Of a stretch of 64,000 nucleotides of DNA, positions 40,441 to 51,165 are shown piece by piece; positions within the stretch are counted from its first letter, which is position 1; each line of letters begins with the position of its first letter. The stretch spans positions 10,407 through 74,406 of the forward strand of contig JALWKK010000085.1 in the NCBI GenBank assembly GCA_027081505.1, read 5' to 3'. The notes beneath the pieces were generated by a model. That model saw only the letters and a program-made list of their open reading frames with translations. It was not told the DNA's origin and did no database searches. The translations under genes and the position numbers were made by a program. The stretch comes from Flavobacteriaceae bacterium (GTDB lineage: Bacteria > Bacteroidota > Bacteroidia > Flavobacteriales > Flavobacteriaceae).

Positions 40441-42996
40441 TTAAAAAGGATAATTTACACCAAAATTGTAAACAGCTTTTGAAAAATTATATTCTCTAAA
40501 CCAGCGTGTTCCTTCTGTTTTAGATGGATTATAGGTTTTGAAACCAATATCAAAACGAAATACAAATACACCAAAATCGTAGCGCAAGCCAAACCCGCTT
40601 GCTACGGCTAATTCTCTTAAATCGGAGATTCCTTTAAAGGTAAAATCGGGATCGGTAACGTTGTCATTTACATTCCAGATATTTCCTATATCAGAAAATA
40701 AAGCTCCTTTTACGCTTCCCAGAATGGTAAAACGATATTCGGTATTAAAAGCCAATTTAAAGTTTGCTTCGTTAAAATCTTGTATGCCGCCACTGCTTCC
40801 GGGTCCCAAATCGTATGCACGCCAACCTCTGTTGTCGTTGGAACCTCCGGCAAAATAGCTTCGGGTAAAGGGAATACTATTGCTGTTTCCGTATGGTAAT
40901 GCAATTCCGCCAAAAGTTCGTAAGGCTAATATGTTATTGCTGTTTCCAAGTTCCCAGTGTTTAATATATTCGGTTTCAAATTTTAAATATTGTGAAAAAA
41001 CAACTCCGAAGAGCTTATAATTTCCGTTTTCATTTTTTTCTAATCCGGCAATAGAGGCAATACCCGAAAGGAGGTTTCCCGCAATTTCTACTTTCCATCG
41101 TAGTCTGGAAAAGCTGTTGTCCGAAACATTTTCTCTGGTGTCTCTTGTCCAAGTATAATTAGTTGCCGAAATAAGATTGTTTTCGGTGAGCCTATCTTTT
41201 CGTTCGGCAATGCTAAGAACATCTTCAATGTTATTATTAGTAAGTGCCAAACCGCTGGGGTTTCCGTCTTTTACTTCTTGTATAAATGCTTCCGCTTCAT
41301 TAGGAATTTCTAGGGTGGGGTTTTCATTTTGATTGTTAAAAGTGTAACCACTCTCTACGGCAATTTGATTTAATCTGCTAAATGAATTTCGGTATACATT
41401 AAAATAATTAGAAGGGTTAAGATTTCTTACATATTGAAGGTTTAATAATTCTATTTTATGTGAAAGTGTTTGGGATGACTTCCAGCTATAACTAAATCCG
41501 GCATTGGTGTTTTGTCTATCCAGACCAATATTGTTTTGGGCATTAAAACCAAAACTCAAATGGGTCTCCGGAGACATATATTTGGGTATAATTTTGTCTG
41601 TATTTAAAGGGAATAATATTCTGGGAAAACGAAGTTTTAAATCACCTCCAACGTCAGATATATTAAAAAACCTACTGTCTCTTTCGGCGACATCTTTTGA
41701 AGAGCCTAAACTTCCGCGAACGGAGAGTTCTAAATTTTCGGCACGCCTGAATACATTCCTAATTAAAAAGGTAGAACCAAATCCTACTCCTAATTGTTGT
41801 ATTGTTGAAGTATAAGCATCCGCATTAAAATTAAAACCCAATCTTTTTTTTGGAGTTAACATAATAGTCGCTATTAGGCTAGTCCCTGTGGTGTCTCTAG
41901 CGTCTTCGGTATAACTAATGTTTGGGTATTTAAATATTTGCAGATTTCGTAGTTGGTTATATGTAAAGGTTCGGTCTATGTCTTTGTAAATGGTGTTTGG
42001 TATTATTGCCACGGCATCGGTTATGGCTTTGGGTTTAAATTTTATTTTATTATAACCGTATAACTTGTATCCTTGATAGGAAGCAGAATCGGTAAGGGTT
42101 TTATGTCTGTTTTCGTAATTATAATCTGTGATAATTCGTACTTCAGATACCTTATGAAGTTTAAAAGGTTCGGTATAAGTGCTGTCGTTTACACGATAAC
42201 TTCTGTCCGGAATAATTAAAGTTGTATTTACTTTATAATTTGTGTTTACGGTGTCGCTCTCGATGGTAATATATTCTTGCGAGAAGTGATATAACCCCGA
42301 GTTTCTAAACTGTAGTGTGAGTCGTTCGCGTTCGTTAACAAAGTCGTTTGTGGCATATTGTTTTCCTTCTTCTATAAACGAAAGATGCTTGGTTAATTGG
42401 TATAACGAATCTACTACCGGCGAGCTAATAGAGTCTGTAACAGTGCCTATAAAATAGGGTTTTCCTAATTTAACTCGATACGTAATTGATGCTCTTTTGT
42501 TTTTTGTTGTATCAATAGAGTAAGAAACTTCTCTGTTAAACCAGCCAAAACTAAAATAATAATCTTTGAGCTTTTCAACCGATTTATTTACTTTATTTTT
42601 ATCGATAACAACCGGTTCTGCTCCTGCTTTTTTAAGCCATTCATTAAAATTTATATAGCTGTTTTTTAATTTATTTAATTGCTTTTTAGATAGTAGTTTG
42701 ACAAGTCGTTTTTCTCTTTTAGGTTTTTTATTCAACCATTTTGTAAAAGAAGAATCGGGGTTGGGTTTTCCCAAATTATAAATAAAAATTCCAAAAGGAA
42801 TTCCTAAAACCTTAGGGTTGGGTTGTTGTTTTAAAATACTGTAAATGCGTTCGTTTTTAACCACACTACTGTCTGTCACAATGGTGTTTTTTGTTAATAA
42901 GTAGTTACCATCCGGGACTCTTTTTACGGCGTTACACGAGGCAAACAATATGGTCAAAACAATTAAAAATGGTATTTTAGCGAAGGTTTTATTCAA
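40441..42996 (-). CDS. tamL: TamL/BamA-family Omp85 outer-membrane lipoprotein
   Basis: ASC lipobox, POTRA-like region, NDNRGW, GLRYDF, terminal NYPF. Confidence 0.85.
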   Translation of the reverse strand: MNKTFAKIPFLIVLTILFASCNAVKRVPDGNYLLTKNTIVTDSSVVKNERIYSILKQQPNPKVLGIPFGIFIYNLGKPNPDSSFTKWLNKKPKREKRLVKLLSKKQLNKLKNSYINFNEWLKKAGAEPVVIDKNKVNKSVEKLKDYYFSFGWFNREVSYSIDTTKNKRASITYRVKLGKPYFIGTVTDSISSPVVDSLYQLTKHLSFIEEGKQYATNDFVNERERLTLQFRNSGLYHFSQEYITIESDTVNTNYKVNTTLIIPDRSYRVNDSTYTEPFKLHKVSEVRIITDYNYENRHKTLTDSASYQGYKLYGYNKIKFKPKAITDAVAIIPNTIYKDIDRTFTYNQLRNLQIFKYPNISYTEDARDTTGTSLIATIMLTPKKRLGFNFNADAYTSTIQQLGVGFGSTFLIRNVFRRAENLELSVRGSLGSSKDVAERDSRFFNISDVGGDLKLRFPRILFPLNTDKIIPKYMSPETHLSFGFNAQNNIGLDRQNTNAGFSYSWKSSQTLSHKIELLNLQYVRNLNPSNYFNVYRNSFSRLNQIAVESGYTFNNQNENPTLEIPNEAEAFIQEVKDGNPSGLALTNNNIEDVLSIAERKDRLTENNLISATNYTWTRDTRENVSDNSFSRLRWKVEIAGNLLSGIASIAGLEKNENGNYKLFGVVFSQYLKFETEYIKHWELGNSNNILALRTFGGIALPYGNSNSIPFTRSYFAGGSNDNRGWRAYDLGPGSSGGIQDFNEANFKLAFNTEYRFTILGSVKGALFSDIGNIWNVNDNVTDPDFTFKGISDLRELAVASGFGLRYDFGVFVFRFDIGFKTYNPSKTEGTRWFREYNFSKAVYNFGVNYPF

Positions 42997-43056
42997 TTTT
43001 AAGTATCAAATATTGATGTTAAGTGCCTACATTTACAACTTCAAAAATACATTATT

Positions 43057-43776
43057 TTGATTAGTAAAGGTCAAATAAAATTAATAACGAGTTTGCAACA
43101 AAAAAAGTACCGAACAAAAACGGGATTATTTGTTGCCGAAGGGGAAAAGATAATCTCCGAATTTTTAGACGAAAAATGGGAACTTCACAGTCTTTTTTCT
43201 ACAGAAGATGATTTGTTTACTAATCAATCCGTTCAGCTTATTACGGAAGAAGAGCTTTCGCGTATTAGTTTTTTAAAATCTCCCAATACAGCACTTGCGG
43301 TTTTTAAAATCCCTGAACACAAATTTCTTAATAAAAAAGGGTTGACCGTGGCGTTAGATGCTGTACGAGATCCCGGTAATTTAGGAACTATTATTAGACT
43401 TTGCGATTGGTTTGGGGTAACGCAGTTGGTTTGTTCAACAGACACCACAGATTGTTTTAACCCTAAAGTGGTTCAAGCTAGTATGGGGTCGCTATCAAGA
43501 GTTACTTTGCAATACACCGATTTAAAAACCTTTTTATCCGACTCAACATTACCGGTTTTGGGAGCCTTTATGAAAGGAAAAAATGTTTATAAAACACCGC
43601 TTCCCAAAGAAGTTATCTTAGTAATGGGAAATGAAGCAAATGGGATTTCACCCGAAATTGAAGAATTGGTTATTACCAAAATATCTATTCCGAGATTTGG
43701 CAATCTACAAAAAACCGAGAGTTTAAATGTAGCTACTGCGACTGCAATTTTGCTAAGTGAGTTTGTTAGAAGATAA
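43057..43776 (+). CDS. TrmH/SpoU RNA methyltransferase
   Basis: RDPGNLGTIIR, GNEANG, ESLNVA. Confidence 0.95.
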   Translation: MISKGQIKLITSLQQKKYRTKTGLFVAEGEKIISEFLDEKWELHSLFSTEDDLFTNQSVQLITEEELSRISFLKSPNTALAVFKIPEHKFLNKKGLTVALDAVRDPGNLGTIIRLCDWFGVTQLVCSTDTTDCFNPKVVQASMGSLSRVTLQYTDLKTFLSDSTLPVLGAFMKGKNVYKTPLPKEVILVMGNEANGISPEIEELVITKISIPRFGNLQKTESLNVATATAILLSEFVRR

Positions 43777-43788
43777 ATCTTTTTCTTT

Positions 43789-46700
43789 TTAATTTAATTT
43801 ATAATAAATATTCATAGCGTCCATTTCTTCCAATAGTTCTTTGGAAATAGTTATTTTTTGTTTTTTAGCGGTCATTGTAAGTTTTATCTTATCGTTAGGC
43901 TCGTAAACGGTAAAATAAACTTGTTTGTCGCCTTTGTGTGTTTTAAACAGCTCCTTTAGTTGCTTTATCTGTGATTTTTGTAATTTTTTTATAGGTAAAT
44001 GAAGTGTTAACTTTTTAGAGAGCGTATCCATAATATCATGGAGCATTTGTATGTTGTTGAACTCAATTCTGGGGTCTTTCTTTATATTGGTTGCTCTGTC
44101 TATCCAACCATCCCGCACGTATGCTTTTATATAAACGAAGGAGTTAGGGGTTAAAAAGTGCCGGTATTTTAAATATTTTTCGTTAAAAATTTTAAACTCG
44201 TAGCTGTCGTCAAAATCTTCTACAGTAAAAAGCGCCCATCCCTTTCCGTTTTTGGTTTCACGATGTTGAACATTGGTTACGATACCTCCAAATGAAAGTT
44301 CGCGATTTATATACTTTTTAAGATTATATAAATCGGCTAATTTAACGTTACAAAAGTAGTTTAACTCGGTTTTAAAATCATCTAACGGATGACCGGAAAT
44401 ATAAACACCTACAACTTCTTTTTCGAGTTTTAGTTTTTTCATAGTTCCCCAATCTTCGCATTGCGGAATATCCGGTTCGGGAATTTGCACTTCGCTGGAA
44501 TCACCAAACAGACTTACTTGTGCAGAGTTTTGTGTGGCTTGGTATTTTGCAGCATATTTAAGAACTTTTTCAATAAACATCACGCCGTCTCCGGTATCAT
44601 GAAGGTATTGAGCACGATGCGCACCAAAACTATCAAAACCTCCCGCCAGGGCAAGGTTTTCAAATGCTTTTTTATTGGCAGCACGCAAATCAATGCGTTT
44701 TGCAAGATCAAAAACACTTTTGTATTTTCCTTCTTTTCGGTTTTCTACAATCGTTGCCACTGCGTTTCCGCCCACGCCTTTTACGGCACCCATTCCAAAT
44801 CGGATATCGCCTTCTTTATTTACTGTAAATTTGTAAAACGATTCATTAACATCGGGAGGCAATACTTTTAATCCCATACGCTTACATTCTTCCATAAAAA
44901 ACGTGATGGTTTTTATATCGTTCATATTGTTAGAAAGTACCGCTGCCATATATTCTGCAGGGTAATGCGCTTTCAGATAAGCAGTTTGGTAAGCAATCCA
45001 AGCATAACAGGTAGAGTGTGATTTATTAAAGGCATAACTGGCAAAGGCTTCCCAATCTTTCCAAATTTTTTCTAATATTTTCGGGTCATGACCTTTTGCT
45101 TCGGCTTGAGAGATAAATTTAGATTTCATATTGTCCAACACGGCTTTTTGTTTCTTACCCATTGCTTTTCTAAGCACATCTGCTTCGCCTTTGGTAAATC
45201 CGGCAAGTTTTTGAGAGAGCAACATTACTTGCTCTTGATATACCGTTATACCGTAAGTTTCTTTTAGAAATTCTTTCATTTCCGGCAAGTCATAGGTGAT
45301 TTTTTCTTCACCGTTTTTCCTTCTAATAAAACTCGGAATATAATCCATAGGTCCCGGTCGGTATAAAGCATTCATCGCTATTAGGTCTGCAAAAACGGTA
45401 GGTTTTAATTCTTTGAGATATTTTTGCATTCCGGCAGATTCGTACTGAAAAATACCTACTGTTTCCCCTCGTTGAAAAAGCTCGAAAGTTTTTTGGTCAT
45501 CTAACGGGAAATTGTCGGGATCTAATACGACTTGATGAATGTGTTTAACCAATTTAACGGTATCTTTGATGAGCGTAAGCGTTTTTAATCCAAGAAAATC
45601 CATTTTTAGGAGTCCGGCACTTTCTACCACCGAGTTGTCAAATTGGGTTACGTATAAGTCACTGTCTTTTGCCGTAGCGACCGGAACAAAATTGGTAATA
45701 TCGTCCGGAGTAATTATTACTCCGCAGGCATGTGTTCCGGTATTGCGTACCGAGCCTTCTATAACTTTTGCCTGCTTAATGGTTTGTGCCTCTAAGCCTT
45801 CTCCTTCCGAAAGGTTAAGGAGTTCTTTTACTTTTGGCAACTCATCGCTTCTGAATTTACTACGTAATTCTTTTTCTTCCAGACCAAATATTTTGTTTAA
45901 TTTGGTCATATTAGGAACCAGTTTTGCAATTCTATCGGCATCGTTAAGGGGTAAATCCAGTACTCTTGCTGTGTCGCGTATGGCCGATTTTGCACCTAAA
46001 GTGCCGTAGGTAATAATTTGTGCTACTTGATTGCTTCCGTATTTTTTAATTACATAATCCATTACTTTTCCTCTTCCTTCATCGTCAAAATCAATGTCGA
46101 TATCGGGCATACTAACCCTATCCGGATTAAGAAACCGCTCAAATAGTAAGTCATATTCAATGGGGTCTATATTGGTAATTCCTAAGCAATACGCAACAGC
46201 ACTTCCCGCTGCCGAACCTCTTCCGGGTCCTACCGAAACACCCATTTTACGAGCTTTGGCAATTAAGTCTTGTACAATTAAAAAATATCCGGGATAACCG
46301 GTGTTTGCAATTACTTCCAATTCAAAATCCAGTCGTTCTTGTATTTCGGGAGTTATTTCTTTATAACGTTGTTTTGCACCTTCGTAAGTAAGGTGTTTTA
46401 AATAGGCATTTTCACCTCTCTTGCCACCATCTTGTTTATCTTCAGAGGATTGAAATGCTTCGGGAATATCAAACTTGGGAAGTAAAACTTCTCGGGCAAG
46501 TGTAAACGGCTCTATTTTGTTTGTTATTTCCGAAATGGTTTCGATGGCTTCGGGTAAATCGCTAAAAAGAGCTTTCATTTCTTCTTGCGATTTAAAATAA
46601 TATTCTTGATTGGGTAAACCGTAGCGGTAACCGCGCCCTCTTCCTATGGGAGTGGCTTGTTTTTCACCATCTTTTACACATAATAAAATGTCGTGTGCAT

Positions 46701-48141
46701 TGGCATCTTCTTTGTTGATGTAGTAGGTGTTGTTAGTTGCTACCAGCTTGATATGGTGTTTTTTGGCAAGTGCGATGAGTGTTTCGTTTACACGGTTTTC
46801 ATCTTCTTGATTGTGCCGCATAATTTCTATATACAAATCTTCACCGAAGGTATCTTTCCACCAAAGCAATGCTTCTTCGGCTTGTTTTTCGCCCACGTTT
46901 AAAATTTTTGAAGGCACTTCGCCATAAAGGCTTCCTGTAAGCACAATGACATCTTCTTTGTATTGTTCAATTATTTTTTTGTCGATACGCGGAACGTAAT
47001 AAAAACCTTTGGTATAGGCTATAGACGACATTTTTGCCAAATTGTGGTAACCGTTTTTGTTTTTTGCTAACAGTACAATCTGGTATCCGTTGTCTTTGTG
47101 ACTTTTATCGATATGGTCTTCACATACAAAAAACTCGCACCCTACAATGGCTTTGAGTTGTTTGTGTTTGTCTTCTTCGGATAAGGATTTGTTGTAGGTA
47201 TTTATTCTTTCTACAAAGTGAAATGCTCCCATCATATTTCCGGTATCGGTTATGGCTACAGCAGGCATTTGGTTTTTTACGGCAGCTTGTATTAAAGCGG
47301 AAGTACTGGAAGTGGATTGTAAAATAGAAAATTGAGAGTGGTTGTGTAAATGCGAAAAAGACAAATTAGTTAAGGAAGCTATGTTGTCTTGCATCTCTTT
47401 TGAAGAGATTTTTTCTTCTTCTTTTTTGTTTTGTAGTTCTTCTCTTATTCGTGCTGAAGCCTCCTTTAAATTTGTGTGTTTTAGCCCGATAAGCTGAATA
47501 GGTTGCGGATTTACTTCCGAAAATTTTTCGAAATAATCAGGTGTTACATTCAGTTCTTCGGTTGTATAGACTTGTCTTCTTATAAGCTCAAGGAAACACC
47601 GTGCAGTTGCTTCTACATCGGCTATGGCATTGTGTGCCTCGGCAAAAGTTTCGTTAAATAAAAATTGGTGCAGTTCGGTTAATGTAGGTAGTTTGTACTT
47701 GCCTCCGCGACCACCGGGAAGTTTACATAAAGCGGCGGTAGTCTCTGTACAGGTATCGAGAACCGGATAGTCGGACAAAGGGTTTTGTTTTTTTAACCGG
47801 TGAAATTCGGCTCCCAGAATGTTTAAATCGAATTTTAGATTTTGACCAACGAGAAATTTGGTTTTTTGCAGTGCTTCTTCAAATATTGCAAGGACTTCTT
47901 TAAGCGGTTTTCCTTGTTGTTGAGCCAACTCGGTAGAAATACCGTGTACTTTTTCGGCATCAAACGGTATGTTAAATCCTTCAGGTCGAATTAGAAAATC
48001 TTTATGCTCTATAAGTTTTCCATCTCCGTCATGTAATTGCCAAGCCAATTGAACACAGCGTGGCCAGTTATCTACATCGCTAACAGGAGCATTCCAACGT
48101 TTGGGTAATCCGGTGGTTTCGGTATCAAAAATTAAGTACAT
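43789..48141 (-). CDS. dnaE: DNA polymerase III alpha with N-terminal 3'-5' exonuclease
   Basis: FDTETTG exonuclease, PHP HLHNHS, GRGSAAGS, PDIDIDF, FNKSH. Confidence 0.98.
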   Translation of the reverse strand: MYLIFDTETTGLPKRWNAPVSDVDNWPRCVQLAWQLHDGDGKLIEHKDFLIRPEGFNIPFDAEKVHGISTELAQQQGKPLKEVLAIFEEALQKTKFLVGQNLKFDLNILGAEFHRLKKQNPLSDYPVLDTCTETTAALCKLPGGRGGKYKLPTLTELHQFLFNETFAEAHNAIADVEATARCFLELIRRQVYTTEELNVTPDYFEKFSEVNPQPIQLIGLKHTNLKEASARIREELQNKKEEEKISSKEMQDNIASLTNLSFSHLHNHSQFSILQSTSSTSALIQAAVKNQMPAVAITDTGNMMGAFHFVERINTYNKSLSEEDKHKQLKAIVGCEFFVCEDHIDKSHKDNGYQIVLLAKNKNGYHNLAKMSSIAYTKGFYYVPRIDKKIIEQYKEDVIVLTGSLYGEVPSKILNVGEKQAEEALLWWKDTFGEDLYIEIMRHNQEDENRVNETLIALAKKHHIKLVATNNTYYINKEDANAHDILLCVKDGEKQATPIGRGRGYRYGLPNQEYYFKSQEEMKALFSDLPEAIETISEITNKIEPFTLAREVLLPKFDIPEAFQSSEDKQDGGKRGENAYLKHLTYEGAKQRYKEITPEIQERLDFELEVIANTGYPGYFLIVQDLIAKARKMGVSVGPGRGSAAGSAVAYCLGITNIDPIEYDLLFERFLNPDRVSMPDIDIDFDDEGRGKVMDYVIKKYGSNQVAQIITYGTLGAKSAIRDTARVLDLPLNDADRIAKLVPNMTKLNKIFGLEEKELRSKFRSDELPKVKELLNLSEGEGLEAQTIKQAKVIEGSVRNTGTHACGVIITPDDITNFVPVATAKDSDLYVTQFDNSVVESAGLLKMDFLGLKTLTLIKDTVKLVKHIHQVVLDPDNFPLDDQKTFELFQRGETVGIFQYESAGMQKYLKELKPTVFADLIAMNALYRPGPMDYIPSFIRRKNGEEKITYDLPEMKEFLKETYGITVYQEQVMLLSQKLAGFTKGEADVLRKAMGKKQKAVLDNMKSKFISQAEAKGHDPKILEKIWKDWEAFASYAFNKSHSTCYAWIAYQTAYLKAHYPAEYMAAVLSNNMNDIKTITFFMEECKRMGLKVLPPDVNESFYKFTVNKEGDIRFGMGAVKGVGGNAVATIVENRKEGKYKSVFDLAKRIDLRAANKKAFENLALAGGFDSFGAHRAQYLHDTGDGVMFIEKVLKYAAKYQATQNSAQVSLFGDSSEVQIPEPDIPQCEDWGTMKKLKLEKEVVGVYISGHPLDDFKTELNYFCNVKLADLYNLKKYINRELSFGGIVTNVQHRETKNGKGWALFTVEDFDDSYEFKIFNEKYLKYRHFLTPNSFVYIKAYVRDGWIDRATNIKKDPRIEFNNIQMLHDIMDTLSKKLTLHLPIKKLQKSQIKQLKELFKTHKGDKQVYFTVYEPNDKIKLTMTAKKQKITISKELLEEMDAMNIYYKLN

Positions 48142-48303
48142 ACAAGGAGTTTACAAATGACTTCTTAACGAAGTAAAAATATAAAAACACCAATGGATAG
48201 AAAAGCAATTTAAAGAGGAGTTGTAAGTTTTTTTTAACAATTTGTGATGCGTTGAAAAATGGTTACTTTTATCCGCAACTATTATTTCTTACTCTTTTCG
48301 CTA

Positions 48304-49437
48304 ATGGCATCCGTTTATATACACATCCCATTTTGCAAACAAGCTTGTTATTACTGCGATTTTCACTTTTCTACTTCACTAAAATACAAGCAAGAAATGG
48401 TACAGGCTCTTGCTCGTGAGTTGTTTTTAAGAAAAAACGAGCTTTGTGAATCTGTTGAAAGCATTTACTTTGGTGGCGGCACGCCTTCTTTATTGCGGAT
48501 TGAAGAGTTACGTTTTTTGATAGATGAAGTGTATAAAAATTACTCTGTTAACAAAAAACCTGAAATTACTCTGGAAGCCAATCCTGATGATTTAACCGCT
48601 ACCTATATTAAAGAATTGTCAAAAACACCTGTTAACCGTTTAAGTATAGGTGTACAATCTTTTTTTGAAGATGATTTAAAACTAATGAACAGAGCTCACA
48701 ATGCTAAGGAGTCTTTAGAATCGGTAAGAGAGGCAAAAAAGTTTTTTAACAACATTACCATTGATTTAATTTACGGAATTCCCAATATGAGTGTCAAAAA
48801 ATGGAAGCAAAATATAAAAACCGCATTACTATTGGATGTGCCTCATATTTCGGCGTATGCATTAACGGTTGAACCCAAAACCGCACTAAAAAAGTTGATA
48901 GAAAAGCAGAAAATACCTCCGGTAAATGATGCTGTGTCTCAACAACATTATAAAATTTTGGTTGAAAAACTTACACAAGCCGGATATGTTAATTATGAAT
49001 TTTCGAACTTCGGAAAACCGGGTTATTTTTCAAAAAACAATACCGCGTATTGGACGGGAAAACCGTATTTGGGAATTGGACCTTCGGCGCATTCGTTTAA
49101 CGGAAAACAACGTAGTTGGAATATTAAAAATAACATTCTTTACATTAAAAATTTGCAACAAGACAAGCTAAAACAGGATGTTGAAATGCTCTCGGTTATT
49201 GAAAGATACAACGAATATATTATGACCGGATTGCGAACGATGTGGGGTGTGAATTTAGAGAAAGTAAAAAACCGTTTTGGAATAAAATACCGAATATATT
49301 TATTAAAACAAGCCAAAAAATATCTGGAAAACGGATTTTTAATTTTTTCTGAAAAAGACCAAACTATTCATCTCTCTAAAAAAGGAAAATTTTTGGGCGA
49401 TGGTATTTCGGCAGATTTGTTTTATGTTGAAGAGTAG
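48304..49437 (+). CDS. hemW: Radical SAM heme chaperone HemW
   Basis: YIHIPFCKQACYYCDF, GGGTPS, YEFSNF. Confidence 0.92.
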   Translation: MASVYIHIPFCKQACYYCDFHFSTSLKYKQEMVQALARELFLRKNELCESVESIYFGGGTPSLLRIEELRFLIDEVYKNYSVNKKPEITLEANPDDLTATYIKELSKTPVNRLSIGVQSFFEDDLKLMNRAHNAKESLESVREAKKFFNNITIDLIYGIPNMSVKKWKQNIKTALLLDVPHISAYALTVEPKTALKKLIEKQKIPPVNDAVSQQHYKILVEKLTQAGYVNYEFSNFGKPGYFSKNNTAYWTGKPYLGIGPSAHSFNGKQRSWNIKNNILYIKNLQQDKLKQDVEMLSVIERYNEYIMTGLRTMWGVNLEKVKNRFGIKYRIYLLKQAKKYLENGFLIFSEKDQTIHLSKKGKFLGDGISADLFYVEE

Positions 49438-49451
49438 TTTTTTTTTACCGG

Positions 49452-49657
49452 TAAGAAATTAAAACAGGTTAAAGAAAACACAAAACTTAATGAAACACCT
49501 TAATGGAACTTAATGCCTTAATGGTTCAATTTTTTTAAACATTAAGAAATTAAGATAAGTTAAGAAAACATAAAACTTAATAAAACACCTTAATGGAACT
49601 TAATGCCTTAATGGTTCAAATCAATGCCTTAGAGGTTTTAGATTTTTACGGTAAGAA
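49452..49657. repeat. Repeat block copy 1 (two ~90-bp palindromic units)
   Basis: About 206 bp, 4 mismatches versus 50116-50321; units end CTTAATGGAACTTAATGCCTTAATGGTT. Confidence 0.92.
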
Positions 49658-49696
49658 TTTAAGGTTTTTTAGAGTGTAAAATTAAGACCTTAATAT

Positions 49697-50104
49697 TTAA
49701 TCTAATTCTTTAAAGTATTCGTTAACAAAAGGCTTTAAGTTTCTTGTGATGTTATCTGTAAAAAAGTTAATAAGCAATCCTTGAGGTTTTTTTAACAACT
49801 TCATATAAGTTAGTAATTGAGCTTGATGAACCGGTAGAATATTTTCAACCGTTTTTAATTCTATAATTATGGTGCTATTTACAAGTAAATCCAATCTTAA
49901 TTCAACATCCATTTCTAGTCCTCTGTAACTTACAGGTACTTTTACTTGTTGTTTTACTCTAAATCCATTGCTCTCTAATTCGAATTTAAGACATTTTTCA
50001 TAAACAGATTCTAATAAACCCGGACCTAATTCATTATGCACTTTTATTGCGCATCCAACTATGTCGTATGACATTTGTGTAACTTCTTTTTTTGTCATTT
50101 TCAT
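49697..50104 (-). CDS. GxxExxY protein (PD-(D/E)XK nuclease fold)
   Basis: LGPGLLESVY, RLDLLV...IELK, AQLLTY, GLLINF. Confidence 0.95.
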   Translation of the reverse strand: MKMTKKEVTQMSYDIVGCAIKVHNELGPGLLESVYEKCLKFELESNGFRVKQQVKVPVSYRGLEMDVELRLDLLVNSTIIIELKTVENILPVHQAQLLTYMKLLKKPQGLLINFFTDNITRNLKPFVNEYFKELD

Positions 50105-50115
50105 TATTTTACCAT

Positions 50116-50321
50116 TAAGAAATTAAAACAGGTTAAAGAAAACACAAATCTTAATGAAAAGCCTTAATGGAACTTAATGCCTTAATGGTTCAATTTTATT
50201 AAACATTAAGAAATTAAGATAAGTTAAGAAAACATAAAACTTAATAAAACACCTTAATGGAACTTAATGCCTTAATGGTTCAAATCAATGCCTTAGAGGT
50301 TTTAGATTTTTACGGTAAGAA
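50116..50321. repeat. Repeat block copy 2
   Basis: Direct repeat of 49452-49657 at a 664-bp offset. Confidence 0.92.
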
Positions 50322-50400
50322 GTTAAGGAAAGTTACTTGTTTAAAAATAAAATCCAAAAAATATTTGAACTCCAAACAGTTTATTTTATATTTCCACCCG

Positions 50401-51147
50401 ATGAAAAGCACAATTAACTTAAAAAATACTTCCGTAACGGTAGATTTGTCGCAACCTTTAGATATTTCGATACCGCTTTCGGGAGCAAAAAACAATCCGG
50501 TGGCTTGGTATTTAAGCACGCCTGTCATTCAGCCGGTTGAACAAGGCGATTGGGTAGCAAAAGTAAGCGAAGGTGCTTCGGTTAATTTTAATAACATACA
50601 ATTTAATCCTCACGCTCACGGTACACATACAGAATGTGTCGGACATATTTCGGAAGAATTTTATTCGGTTAATAATGCATTAAAACAGTTTTTCTTTTTA
50701 TCTGAAGTTATTTCGGTTACACCGCAAAAACAAGTAGAAGATAGCGTGATTACCAAAAATCAATTGCAGCAAATGTTAAAAAACAAAACTCCCGAAGCTG
50801 TAATTATAAGAACAATACCCAATCCCGAAACCAAAAAGCACAAAAACCACAGCCATACCAATTGGGCATACCTTACAGAAAGTGCCGCTTTGTTTTTAAG
50901 AGAAAAAGGAATAGACCACTTATTAATCGACACACCTTCGATAGACAAAGAAAAAGACGAAGGGAAACTTCTTGCTCACAAAGCATTTTGGAATTATCCC
51001 GAAGCGCCACGTATGCAAGCTACCATCACCGAACTTGTTTATGTTCCGGAACACATAAAAGACGGGGCGTATTTGCTAAACTTAATGATTGCACCTTTTT
51101 GTAACGATGCTTCTCCTTCTAAACCGGTGTTGTATAAAATAGGCTAA
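50401..51147 (+). CDS. Cyclase family (kynurenine formamidase-like) hydrolase
   Basis: HAHGTHTE, DTPS, DASPS; start moved to ATG 50401 because the upstream in-frame ATG lies in the repeat. Confidence 0.9.
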   Translation: MKSTINLKNTSVTVDLSQPLDISIPLSGAKNNPVAWYLSTPVIQPVEQGDWVAKVSEGASVNFNNIQFNPHAHGTHTECVGHISEEFYSVNNALKQFFFLSEVISVTPQKQVEDSVITKNQLQQMLKNKTPEAVIIRTIPNPETKKHKNHSHTNWAYLTESAALFLREKGIDHLLIDTPSIDKEKDEGKLLAHKAFWNYPEAPRMQATITELVYVPEHIKDGAYLLNLMIAPFCNDASPSKPVLYKIG

Positions 51148-51165
51148 AAAGCGTATCTTTACAGT

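Noticed and set aside
43789-48141. Exonuclease-DnaE fusion as a novelty, or an intein in dnaE
   Set aside because: This architecture is usual in Flavobacteriia, and no intein motifs were seen
49452-50321. Repeats as a CRISPR array
   Set aside because: No unique spacers between constant repeats, the unit is about 90 bp, and there are no cas genes
50257-50400. N-terminal extension of the cyclase ORF
   Set aside because: It is translated repeat and promoter sequence; the family-like sequence starts at ATG 50401
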